The notes: generated by a model from the sequence alone, not told the origin. Numbered from the stretch's first letter, positions 11,586 through 23,189 are shown. The stretch: DNA of 38,830 bases from Catajapyx aquilonaris (GCA_000934665.2 KZ538951.1:1-38830), one strand, 5' to 3'. Numbers and translations are program-made.

Positions 11586-11947
11586 TAGTGGTCCCCAACC
11601 TTTTTATCGCCCCGGACCGGTCAACGTTTGATAATTTTACCACGGCCCGCTGAGGGGGGGGGGGGGGGGNACCAAAAAATGAATATAAAGTGATTGAACA
11701 TGTCACCTCACTAGAACGCAAAATCAATGAGAACCCTGAGCTTGTTTCTTTGCAATGAGACGGTTCCATCTAGGGGTATAGCGTTGGAAATACCCTGCCA
11801 AGGCCAGAAATATCGTACCACGACCCAAGATCAGACGATATATCGATAAATGTAGAAAAAAAAATGAAATGGAAATAATTGGGCGGCCCGGTACCATTTG
11901 ATCCACGGACCGGTACCGGTCCGCGGCCCGGGGGTTGGGGACCACTG
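11586..11947 (-). mobile_element. hAT (Charlie/Buster, MER1-like) MITE, copy 1
   Basis: TIRs TAGTGGTCCCCAACC / GGTTGGGGACCACTG. It is near-identical in reverse to 38467-38741. The minus strand retains TPRWNRLIAKKQAQGSH* (11777-11724), resembling a Buster/Charlie transposase C-terminus. There is an N at 11670 after a poly-G run. Confidence 0.88.
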
Positions 11948-12646
11948 ACTAGATTATGCTGTCTCACAAAATGACATGTTTATGGGGCAGGTAAGAGAGT
12001 TCTCACATTCAGTTTTTAAGAGCCTTTTGTGTTGCACTGAATGCCTCCCACTCCTGTGTGGGGAAGTATGCCTACGCATAGCACTGTACTGGGGTCGATA
12101 TAAGGTACCTGTACTGTACCATATCATGAACAATTTTTCGCTTTGAGCAATTCCAGCGTTTGGGACGTGACAATCGCAATCACATATATGTGGGTACAGA
12201 TCGCTTGTTCTGCAATGTAATGTGCAAGTGATAATGTATTCATATGTATGGCACAGGGGACAAGAAGGATCTGACCTTTCACCTAGTGTGTTAAATGACC
12301 ACTTTCATATGCACGCAAGAGGACCAGCAAGGTTATTGTGCGCGTTAGGGACGTGAAATTAAAACAGCTTTACATCAGGAAAGGGTTTACTACATTATAG
12401 GAAATTCCTGCGAATTATATGAGGTTGTGGCACTTTCTTACACAGGGTCCATTGCCAGAACAGTGTTTTCATATAACAAATTGACTCACAGAGCAATATA
12501 TTTTCTCCTACCATAAATGTTTTGTAACCCCTGCCAGGTTGACATTATCGTGGAATTTCTCCTTTAGCAGTGTAGAGGTTATTAGGTCAGGTTGTTTGGT
12601 TTATACCTGTTCATGTAAAAAAGTATTGTATACCTGATCTGTGATC

Positions 12647-12682
12647 CAATTTCAGACTGTTCAGCTGAACAGTCTGAAATTG
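12647..12682. repeat. Perfect 36-bp palindrome
   Basis: CAATTTCAGACTGTTCAG|CTGAACAGTCTGAAATTG, with no spacer. Confidence 0.9.
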
Positions 12683-13349
12683 CCGCTGTTATATGGTAAA
12701 CTCTATAGAATAGTATACACCATACCAGAATTGCTGTGTAGAGTCGGTAACTAATAACGTTAATTAGTTCATGATAGAGGTGTGATGAATGAGTGTGACC
12801 ATGCGCATTATTGTAATAATATTTGAGGAGAATTATATATAGTACAGCTATACATATATCACTTCCATTCAAATGCAGGACTAAACCGTGGATTGTTCGC
12901 CTATCGTCCCACTCTGCAAACAAAGGGAGTTGCGAGTGATTGCGTAACTGTCAAGTTCAAGGTCGGTCACTCATCATATATGGAGGGTGACCACAATATA
13001 ATAGCTCGAGCAAACTCTCTGGAAGAATGACAGCTGCAGAAACTGCTTCGTCATGGTTCCGCCATCAGATACTCCAGCCAATATATGTGTGGCCGTCGCT
13101 ACGAGTTTGCGACATTGCATTGGACAATTATTTTTTGCGAAGTATGCGACACGCACTTTGCGATGCGCATTTGCATCCCCCCTCCATCCCTTGCGTAGTG
13201 CGTCACATTGTAAACACGTGCCAACATGAATCATCACAACATGCCCAACTGCAAAGTGGTGGCAAATGGCCACGCATAGGTCCTGGATCTCGTTTGACGG
13301 GTTAAAAATATTACGGTGAAAATCCAAGCGACATTAAATTTCGCAATCA

Positions 13350-13602
13350 ATAAAATGTCGCCATTTTGTGTCATAGGGCGGCCATGTTGCCAATACAAGG
13401 CGAGCCAATGGCGTGTCCGGTTGGGAGGGAAACAACCAATGGAGGTCTGGCTGCCCTCAGCGCATGCGCCTGCGATTGATCTTGTGACTGGAAAGCACTT
13501 GTTCCGGAAGGTGCGTAATTGCAGCACGTTGGGAACTCTGGAGAAGCCTGAAGTAGAAAAAAAATAAGAAAGAAGAAGAAACATGGACGTCATTACGGAA
13601 AG
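13350..13602 (+). promoter_or_regulatory. Putative promoter and first (non-CDS) exon of the PLAG-family gene
   Basis: CpG-rich region (about 12900-13900) with YY1-like GCCATTTTG (13360) and GCCATGTTG (13381), CCAAT at 13390, 13405 and 13436, NRF1/Ewg palindrome GCGCATGCGC (13460-13469), ETS-like CCGGAAG (13504) and splice donor AG|GTAACA at 13602/13603. Confidence 0.6.
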
Positions 13603-14550
13603 GTAACAGCAATCCGGCCTGGTCTTCGGCTTGCAGGCGGCCCAGGGAAGGACGAGGGCTCCCCTGGGCCACCGAGGATGCTGTGGTGATGCCTCGCGCG
13701 GGTCTTGTGGGTGTTGTCATCACTTCCAGGACCATTTCGAAGCCAGTGTTGGCCACGGTGCATTCGCTTTAGTTTCTGTTGTTGTTGGTGGTGTTGTGAT
13801 GCAGTGTGGAATATTGGTTCACAAGGCACGGTGGGAGGATGGCAGCCCTTCAGGGCAACCGTAGGCATGGCGCAGGGCTTAATGGCGATATATTGAAGCG
13901 TGTCAGTTTACGCAATGTACCTGCATAAAAGCTCCTTTACATTGTCAATCACCTCACCTACTTGTGAGCCTGCCAAGTTACTATGATGATGTTTCAGGTG
14001 ATGTCGAGCTTGTAAAGAGTCATGATGTCTTGGTTTACGTGTGCCCCGTAAGTCCTTTGCTTGTGTTGGAAATATACCATCTGATTTTAGGAAATTACAC
14101 TGTTGCATTAAAAAAAAATCCTTTGCTTAAATACAGTGAAGCGTGCCTACAATAGGTTTTTTTTTAAAGGTCCAAGTGGCACCACTGTTCTTGTTGTTGG
14201 TACTAAGCAACAGTAATAAAGGAAATCCCTCGACCTGACTAGTTTCAGTTTTGAGAAAGGAAACGCCTTCTCACCCCTGCAATTTAGTAGTCCACCCACT
14301 GCAGCTGCACAATGTATATTCCAAATATTACCGTGAAGTTACCGACTGTATGCATAGCCATTATGTGTCTCAAGTGAACTTTTCAATCTCACCTACACCA
14401 TCATGCAGTTCACCAGTATTCTCAATATTCATTGGGATACAATATCCCAAGTGTGAACATCAAAGTTTTTGAGCTTAGAGATAACTTTTAAAATTAAGTA
14501 ACAGTTTTTGGTGAGATTAAGAAATTTCAAATTTAGTGTAGTGTCATTAA

Positions 14551-15029
14551 CCCTTAACTACGTAGGTGGGTGAAACACCTTTAACTATGTAGGTGGAGCC
14601 TGAGAGGCTCCAACGGTATATTAAAATTTCTGCTTATCAACTAAATTGTTATATTGGACTTTTCACATACAGAAAGTGCAGTTCAGATCATTAGGCTTCC
14701 GAAAACGCAAAAATCACACTCTGAGTCAGCATATTCCGACAGGGAAAAATTTTTAATTAAAAGGTTACATCATGTGTTTGAGCCGGTCATGCTTCACCTG
14801 AGATATAGAGCCTGAGCGGTTCCAGGAGCGACCTGTTCCTCGTTACGAATTTTTTTAAACCAAAGAATAGGGACTAAAATTTTTGTTCTTTCCTTTCCAT
14901 GCTTAGGAAGGTTTTTCTGACAAAGTCACGGAAGGACAGGGGAAAATAAAATTCAATGAAAAAGTTACATGCATTTAAATAGTGCTTGGAGAGTTGGAGC
15001 CTCTCAGGCTCCACCTACGTAGTTAAGGG
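14551..15029 (-). mobile_element. piggyBac-like MITE, copy 2 (inverted relative to copy 1)
   Basis: TTAA|CCCTTAACTACGTAGGTGG ... CCACCTACGTAGTTAAGGG|TTAA. It is the reverse complement of 10345-10813 over nearly its whole length. Confidence 0.92.
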
Positions 15030-15123
15030 TTAACAAAGTTCCCGTAGGATTGTCATGCTGGATCAAAAGAAACTTATCATGCCCTTTTTTTCAGGTTCAT
15101 ACTGTTGAGCTGCTTGAAGTTAA

Positions 15124-18100
15124 ATGTACAGTGCATATATGGATACGAGCAGTGAATACATGGAGAGTGGCACGCAAGGTGAGATTGGGTTGGCATTAAC
15201 ACTATTAAATATTTGTTGAAATAAAACGGGGACATTGTTGAGGTGCTTAAATGAAGAGCAAGCTCTGACTGTGAGAGAAAACGTCATTGGACAGTGCTGA
15301 AAAAATCTGCCTTGTGCCCTGGCAAGCAGTGCACATGCAGGTGTAGGTGGAAGCATGCTTGAGTGTGATTTGATTCATGCACACTTCCTCTCCTTGCACC
15401 TGCTTGCCTGGCCTCATGGTGCTGCTTGCAGGGGTACAAGGCAGTTTTTTTTACGGCACTGGAACTAAAGTGACCTTTAGTTCCAGTGCCGTAAAAAACA
15501 CGTTAGCTGATTTAGTGAAGAAATTTTGTTCCCATCCTGTGAGTGGAATTGTAGAGGTCATGCACACTAGACAATTTTGTTTTCTGTCCAGTGGCATACG
15601 TTTAGGGCTGGGCACATGTGTTAAGGCCATTTCACAAAAAAATGTCGCGCGGCAAACGGCGCGCGTTGCGGCATTTATTATTTATATTTATTATTGCCAA
15701 CAATTGGCAACAATAAATATAAATAAAAAATTTGCCGCAACGCGCGCCATTTGCCGCGCGCCATTTTTTTGTGAAATGGCCTTTAGGANGGGGGGGGAAG
15801 TCGGCTACTGGACCAGGCAAGGGGTTAGTCACTTGATACTCAAGTAGTCTAGTGTATGAAGTACATCCCAACAACCAGACATTGTCTGACTTCATGAAGA
15901 CTTCATGAGTGACTAAACCAGTGCTTCCCAATCATTTTTTGTTGGCGACCCCAGAAAATCGTCTCGTAAAATTCCCGGCCCCCATTTTCTATTCAACCCT
16001 ACCCGCCTCAGTGGTAGTCAGTGACAGTAATTGCTAAATTAACACACCATCTTGTTTACGTGCATATTTTTCCAGAGAGAAATAATAATAATATTGTAAC
16101 CCTCCCTCATGAGTCATGACCCCCAACTATTTTGTTCACGACCGCAAATGGGGTCACAACCCACAGTTTGGGAAGTACTGGAATAAACCCTTGGGGCCAG
16201 GGCAATTATTGTATTCCTGCATACTCTGGACTTCCCATACAGATAGTTCCTGATTTTTACTGTTTGATTCAGTACTTGCCACTGTGGATAGTGATGTCAG
16301 CCAGGCTTTGCACCTGATAGTGGAAAGGGCACAAAGTGTACCAGTATACACTTTTGGGCCTTACTCGCAGGTGCAGAGTTGGCTGACAGAATGACTCGTG
16401 CGTAGTTGTGGCCTTAAGTACTACATCTCGTAATATTATTGTGCATAGCAGCAATACCTAGAGTGGAGCTTATTGCATATTGATTCCTAATGATATACAG
16501 TAAAACTTCTACAAGTCTAAGTTCTCTATAAGTCGAAGAAAATGATGAGCTTGGTTGCTCACAATGTAAAATAATGCGAAATGAACTTCCCTAACTTGAA
16601 TTTCTATAACTGAAAGTTCTCCATAACTTGAAGTGCAGGCAGGACCTTACAATGGCATATTGATGCATTTTCAGTCTAGTTCATGTCGGCGAGTACAGAA
16701 ATTTTGTTCATTTCTCTCTCAGCCGAAGGGTCAAGAGTAGGCCACATGTACAGAAAGGCTCTTCCCTGATCTCCGTCTAACAGTAATGACTCATGCCATC
16801 CGCACCAGGTCCCATGGGTCCAGAAATTCCCATCTGCGTTTGATTAAATAACAAGAGTTTTTTTTTTTACAACAAATCAATGGGGAATATTGTAATGTGA
16901 TAGTGACAGTTATTTTTAAGTTTTGAACACCTTTCATTCCTGGATATACAGGTAGGCTTCCTTATTGAGTTATATGCTTAAAAAATTCCAAACTTCTCTA
17001 TTGAATCTTCTATAACTCGGTTTTTCCCGGTCCCATGGAGATTCGATTTATAGAAGTTTTACTGTATTTTAAGTTTTTGTGGTGAAGCCAGACCCTGTTA
17101 ATGTGCATGGAACCTGATGGGGGTGGTGTGAAAGGTTAACACTTCCACTCAGATTTAGGTTCCTTGAAGTGCTGTAAAGTGAAATAACTTAGGTTGATTT
17201 TGTTGATTTGGGCTCGAAGATGGAAATAATTGCACGTGAAGCCAGTTGGTGTCACTGCTGGTCTGTCCTGACACCAGGCTGAACTGGTCTTCTCTGTTGT
17301 GCTTGTCCTTACTCATTCCCTTTTGCCCCAGCATTCAAGCCTGCACACACTGTCAGGGACACCATCAGGTTTCAAATGCAATTACACATATCTCCATCTT
17401 GGAGCTCAAATCGACAAAATCAACTGAAATTGTTTCACTTTGCAATGCCTCAAAGAGTTAGATTCTATAGGAAATGCATGCCTTTTGTGCCCCCTATAGC
17501 TATCATAAACTATCTAATATTTTAAAATGTTTCTTCACAAGTTGTGGTGGAATCAGACTTCTCTTCCAACTGCCTGTCCTCTACAACCACATCCACCCCA
17601 GATGACCCTGACTATTTAAATCCAGGGACTGCCCCTGGTTTCAATCCTCGCCGACCTGAAAATCGTGCTCGAAAGAAGGGGAAGGTGAAGATCCGTTTTA
17701 AGAAAAGACGACGTGGTACCAATCCAAATGCAAACTCAAGTCCAAGTTCCACACAACCTCACCGCTGTGTTGAATGCTCCAAGGGGTTCAGTAGCCCAGG
17801 AAAGCTGAGCCAGCACATGTATCTTCACACTGGTAAATGTCATTTTATAGTGTAGTACATTTGGTGTATTTGGAGACAGTCTAATCACCGGGTTGGCATT
17901 GCCAAATATGTTAGTTAAACAAATCTGGTCGTTTGTCAGATGCTATACATGGTTTTTTTTGTTTTTTGGCAGGGTGTAAATGCTTTTGCCATTGCAGCTT
18001 TTTGGCCTTGGTTTATTTGCTGGAAGATCATCTTTTGTTATTTTATTTTTATTAGACAAGAAGAAATATCCACATTCTCCAACACAGCCAAATCACTTGT

Positions 18101-19526
18101 GTTTAGAAGCCCAGTTGTATGCAGAAATACATGAACTGCATATGAAGCCACCAATAATATATTTCTCACATTTAGGTGAACGACCTTATCAATGTGGGCA
18201 ATGCAGTAAAGCCTTCTCATCCAAATTCAAGCTGGTACGCCATGCACTAATCCACTCTGCTGATCGGAAGCACAAATGCTCATTTTGTGAGCGCTGCTTT
18301 CACCGGAAGGATCACCTGAAAAACCACCTTAAGGTCCATAGCCCCAACAAGAAAGTGTACTGTTGCGAAAAATGTGGAAAGGAGTACAACTCACAACTCA
18401 GCTTTCGAAAGCACATTGCTGTTCACTCAGCTGAAGCTGGAGACCCTGAATGCAAGATCTGCCAGATGCGGTTTCCAGCTAAAGAGGAGCTGCTCTTCCA
18501 CCTAAAGGTTCATGCAGGATCCCGTACAGTGAAGAGTCCCAGTGAAAAGAAATTCAAGTGCGAGTTTTGTGAACGACGATTTTTCACCCGGAAGGATGTA
18601 AAGAGGCACCTGGTAGTGCATACTGGGAGAAGGGACTTCCTTTGTCAGTTTTGTCCTCAGAGGTTTGGGAGGAAGGATCACTTAGTGAGGCACATCAAGA
18701 AGAGTCATGGTGGGGGTAGCAAGGGAGGAGAGAGGAAAATCAGGGAAGACTCAGAGTCATCTGCCTCTGCTGATATGCCACAGTTAGTTGCAGCCAATCT
18801 TATTGAGTCAACAGATTCATTGACCCAGGTAAGGAGTTTCGAATTGAATTGAATTTTAGTGATTCATATTTTGGAGAGTGGGTTGGTTATGGTTTTTGCT
18901 GATTCTCGGATTTAATAAGTTTTTTTTCTTCCTAGTGTCTTCAGCCTGAAAGCTTGAGCCAGGCTTGTGGATTTAACAACTTCGTCCTTGATTCAGCCAT
19001 ATCTGATTGCTCTGCGTCATCTCCACTTGAACCTATGCTGGTCACCAAACGAGAGCTTGTAGAGGAAGACGAAGATCGCAATCCTGTCCCTTCACCAACT
19101 ACCACTGGGCCAGTCACCCCTTTTCCGCTGCCCCCTCCTCAGCAGTCCTATCCGCAGCTACCATTATTTGCCGATGCTGCTATCAAGTCAGAAGGCTGTG
19201 ATGATGAGGATGGAACTACTGACTTGAGTTTACCAGTAGGTGGGGTTGATTTTACTCAGTTTCTAGGCTTCTTGCCTTCTAGTGGTGGGGCAAATGAAAC
19301 TGCAGATGTGGGTGAAGGATCTGGGACTTTTGATTCAGCATTGATGAGTCTTCTGGAAAGTACGCAAAGTCCAATGATGGCTGACCAAATAATGGACTGT
19401 CCAGGGGCCAATTCGGCATCTGCTGTGGTGTCAATTGCTGTTACCACACCTGTCACGTCACCTGGTGTAGATAATCTTGTGAGTTCAACACCCCTGCCAA
19501 GATTCAGTCAGGCCTTCCATCAGTGA
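15124..19526 (+). CDS. PLAG1: PLAG-family C2H2 zinc-finger transcription factor (probable co-ortholog of PLAG1/PLAGL1/PLAGL2), about 529 aa
   Basis: Exons are 15124-15178 (MYSAYMDTSSEYMESGTQ, g|gtgaga; start exon inferred from phase fit), 17542-17832 (basic NLS and ZF1), 18176-18828 (ZF2-7: FHRKDHLKNHL, FFTRKDVKRHLVVHTGRRDFLCQFCPQRFGRKDHLVRH) and 18936-19526 (acidic/Pro-rich region, IKSE SUMO consensus, C-terminal LPRFSQAFHQ resembling the PLAG1 end LPRFHQAFQ). The symbol is family-level only. Confidence 0.9.
15447..15498. repeat. Perfect 24-bp-stem hairpin with 4-nt loop (intronic)
   Basis: TTTTTTACGGCACTGGAACTAAAG-TGAC-CTTTAGTTCCAGTGCCGTAAAAAA. Confidence 0.9.
15624..15782. mobile_element. 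PIF/Harbinger (Tourist-like) fold-back MITE
   Basis: TTA|AGGCCATTTCACAAAAAAATG ... CATTTTTTTGTGAAATGGCCT|TTA. It has a 3-bp TWA duplication and is almost entirely self-complementary over 159 bp. Confidence 0.85.
15919..16180. mobile_element. hAT MITE
   Basis: TIRs CAGTGCTTCCCAA / TTGGGAAGTACTG with 8-bp TSD GACTAAAC / GAATAAAC (1 mismatch). The ends are related to 22937-23189 in opposite orientation. Confidence 0.85.
16498..17064. mobile_element. pogo/Tigger-like (Tc1/mariner) MITE
   Basis: TA|CAGTAAAACTTCTA ... TAGAAGTTTTACTG|TA, with repeated subterminal CTATAACT/CTATAAGT motifs. Confidence 0.85.
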
Positions 19527-22500
19527 GAGTTTCTTGTTTTTAGGTCCCAAGAGTTTTCAGGGCGTAAATTAAATATTTGGCGTTCATATTGAATGAGAAT
19601 TAATAGTCAAGTATTTTCCTACATAAAACACCAATATTTTTGTGCTTTACATCCGTGATTGTCAATTGCCATGATTCTCCTTGTCTCAAGAACAACCCAA
19701 AGATACATTTAATCTTTGTATTTTTCAAATGAGTACTTAAGTCTCAAAGCCACCTTTTTCAGTGTAATCACCAAATTATCAGCTCATCAAATAAGTCTCT
19801 GGACTATGGATAATTCCTGACCGGTGATAAATAATTATGATTCTCTATGTACTAGGAGCAAATTGAAGTACACCTTTTCATTGCTGCCTTTCTTTAATGG
19901 CCAACAAGGAAAATTGCTGTAATTGTAAACGTGTGGTTTTGCAGTATTGTTGAAACATTTGCTTTCACCAGGATGAATATAAGAGGCTCCCATCTCCTTA
20001 TTGTTATGTGTTCGTGTCCTATTTCTGTCAATTTAGTGCTAGCAACAATTCAGGAATATCCCAGTCCAAGGACAGAGCAATAGTGAAGAACATAACCCTG
20101 TAAACGTGAATTGTTTCTGATTGAGTCATTAGTAGGGGCGAGGTAATGGTGCAGGTGTGGATTACACACACCATAGAAGTACCAAAGGGAAATAACAGTA
20201 AACGACATAACTGAAGACAATGATTGAGTACACATGGTTGTGATCCAAAGTAGTCCGAGTACTCATGAATCAGTCTTATGCACTGAATGGTGAGGGCTGC
20301 CTTTCTCACCACCAACACCTGGGTTGTTACTTCTGCAACCTACAATGACTCTATTGGGTGCAAACTAGTTGTTACAGGTACAGTTTTCCACTTTGTGTGC
20401 CCAAATTGATACAGGCTAGTCTTATTTTTAAGTTTTTACAGCAAATTGGTGTTGGATAAGTTTTGCATTGCAGTAAGAAAACTGACTTTCAGAAGCCTTA
20501 TAATGAGGTTGGGTATTTTTTGTTATAACTTTCTGGTTCTGTGGTAGCTGCAAAACGTTTTATTAGGTATGGATGCATAAAAATTAGGTCCATCACAGGC
20601 CATTGCCGTAGAGGTGTAACACTTGGTGAAATTTCTTTGACTCAGGAGATGTCCACAGCATAGACTTTCATATGCATTCTTTTTTCTTTTATACTGCTAG
20701 TGGTTACCTGCCATGAAGGTGACTTACATTGATAACTTTGCTGATGTTCTTGGATGCCATTAATTGTGTAGGTGTCATGGAAAGCTAAAGTGCATTTGCA
20801 CAGCCTCTGGGAGAACCGTATTTTCCAAATGGAATATAACCAGAAGTGTGTGTCATTTATTGTTGATGACGAGGAACAATAAATTTCTCTGGCTCTGTTC
20901 TAGCAACAAAGTGCTTTCTGGAGATGGTGCAAGCAAACCTAGTACACTTCAGCAATCCTGTTATGTTCCATTGAATTGTTCTGATTAGAGGAAAACATTT
21001 CCATAATTGTCATCATGCATCAGTCCCCATTTTGATGGAAACGAAGCTTGAAGCTGTGAATGTGAGCAGACACTGCATTTATTCATCAGTTTGCCTATTG
21101 TCAAGCCAAAAAGTACTTGGATAGATAGCAAAAAGCACTCTGGTGAGAGTCAGGTAGCCTCCATTAATAACAACATCAGAATTATTTTATTGTAATGTTT
21201 TAATATTGTTATTGGCTAACACATCATGCTCATCTTCAAGAAGACATTTCAAATAAATTTTTGAATCCTATAAAATCAATGTAGCATTTCAGAAGGGGAC
21301 AATGAAACCTGACAGGGAACACAATGTGTGAGCGTCCATGAACAATGGCAAGCTGTATAAGATGAAGGGAACTGTGACCAAGTGTTGTATCCGCAGTTGT
21401 ATCTGTGATGGCACCCCTGTTTGCCACTCACTATCAGTAATTTTATGCATTATTATCCAAACACCAGTCCTGTATAATCCTTCAGTGAAGAAGGACGATG
21501 ATATTCTACTTTCAGAGAAATATTCAGTACAGCAATTTATGCCAGAATATCCCAGTCATGATATTTGGGGAGTTCTTGGGACTCACCAGTTCGTTGCATC
21601 ATACGTCAAAAACTGCTATATTTGGCCACCAGTATTACCACCACATACTATCACATGGTGAATTATGTGGGAAAGAAAGCTGCTGCTCTTGGGGTTCACT
21701 GCAAAGTGAATGAGAGAAAGGGAATTGATGGCATAGAGTTTTGCACAGAGCTATGAAACTGGGGTTGTGAAAATAGTTAATCTGCACATGTACACAGTGC
21801 ATATAATGCACTACTTGTGATTTGTGAATTTAGTGAGACTGAGGACTGTAAAGTGACCTTTCACACTAACTCAAAAACTTTTTCTTACCAAGATACATTC
21901 CTTCTTACATTTTTAAGGAATGGTTTATCCAAACAAAAATTTTGATGCCTGTTGTAAGTGGAATTTAAGAGCAAAGATAGGGATTGGTGATACCTATATT
22001 ATTTTGTTACTTATACTACATATTTATGTATATACTATTGTTTCATAATTTAGCTTGCATTTGTATTGGTGAAAATGTTATGGACGCTCTGTCAAGTTGA
22101 TATTCCTGAGCTTGCCAATGTGAGTTGGAAGAAGCAAACAAACACTTATCCCCATGATCCCCTCCCCTCCCTCAAGGGAGAAACAGGACCTGTATATATA
22201 ATTATGTGGCACTTGCACCAGTACAAATGTAAGTTTAATGATGAAACACATGGTATAAAATTATTGTGCAGATGTGGACATTTTAAAAGCATTTTAGATC
22301 TATTTTGATGTACAGAATGTTACTATATTAGCTAATAGAGTGAGGCTAGGGCCAGAGGCACCTGAATCACAAGTGTCATTTTGAAAATGTGAGCTCGATC
22401 AAGTTTTCGAGGAATGACAGCTCTTGTGCCACTCATCAAACACTTGACTTAGGTTTTCCCAAATGGATACTTGCGTGTATTAGGTGCTTTTGGTGCTGAC

Positions 22501-22936
22501 TGCTTCATATCCAGTCACGTTTATTTTTGTGGACAGTACAAAGTAGTTTTTGAAATGCCTTTCATAAACTTCAATAAGCAGAAGTCAAGTATGGGTGCTA
22601 GAAACATATATGAAGTCAAACTATGAAATATGAAGTGTCTTCATTGAGTCCCTGTTGTGGCAGTTGCAAAATTTTGGGGTCTCTGTTGGGTTCTCCAAGC
22701 AAGTGCTGAGGTTAAATAATAAGTATCTGCAAAATTGCCACTGGTAACAATGTTAACATGCTTAGGTCTGTGACGTTGTGGTTTAAAATTCATAGTGGCC
22801 ATTCAAAAATTAGTCGACAAGTGTGGAAGGCATTTTATAGAGTGACCGATGACAAATCGTGATTTCCCAAACGATTGCTGTTCTTGCTCAATGTAAATCA
22901 TCACATTGCGATACATGTCTTCTTTTCCCCTTAGAA

Positions 22937-23189
22937 CAGTGCTTCCCAAATTGTGGGTCGCGACCCCATGCGGAGTCGCGAAAATAATATTTGGGGTTGT
23001 GAGGGAGGGTAACAAATTATTTTCACAAAATGATGCTATCTTTCTTGAAAATCATGACCATGAGGTAAGGTCATTTCAATGTTTACCTGTCTTTTGTTGT
23101 TGGCGGATCTAAATGTGCACATATAGGGTGTCGCAAATTTTACAAGGCGATTTTTTGGGGGCCCCAACGAAAGAAATTGGGAAGCGCTG
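22937..23189. mobile_element. hAT MITE
   Basis: TIRs CAGTGCTTCCCAA / TTGGGAAGCGCTG with a perfect 8-bp TSD CCTTAGAA at 22929-22936 and 23190-23197. Confidence 0.9.

Noticed and set aside
15377..15931. 156-aa and 99-aa ORFs
   Set aside because: They run through palindromic MITE sequence and an N, and have no protein-family features.
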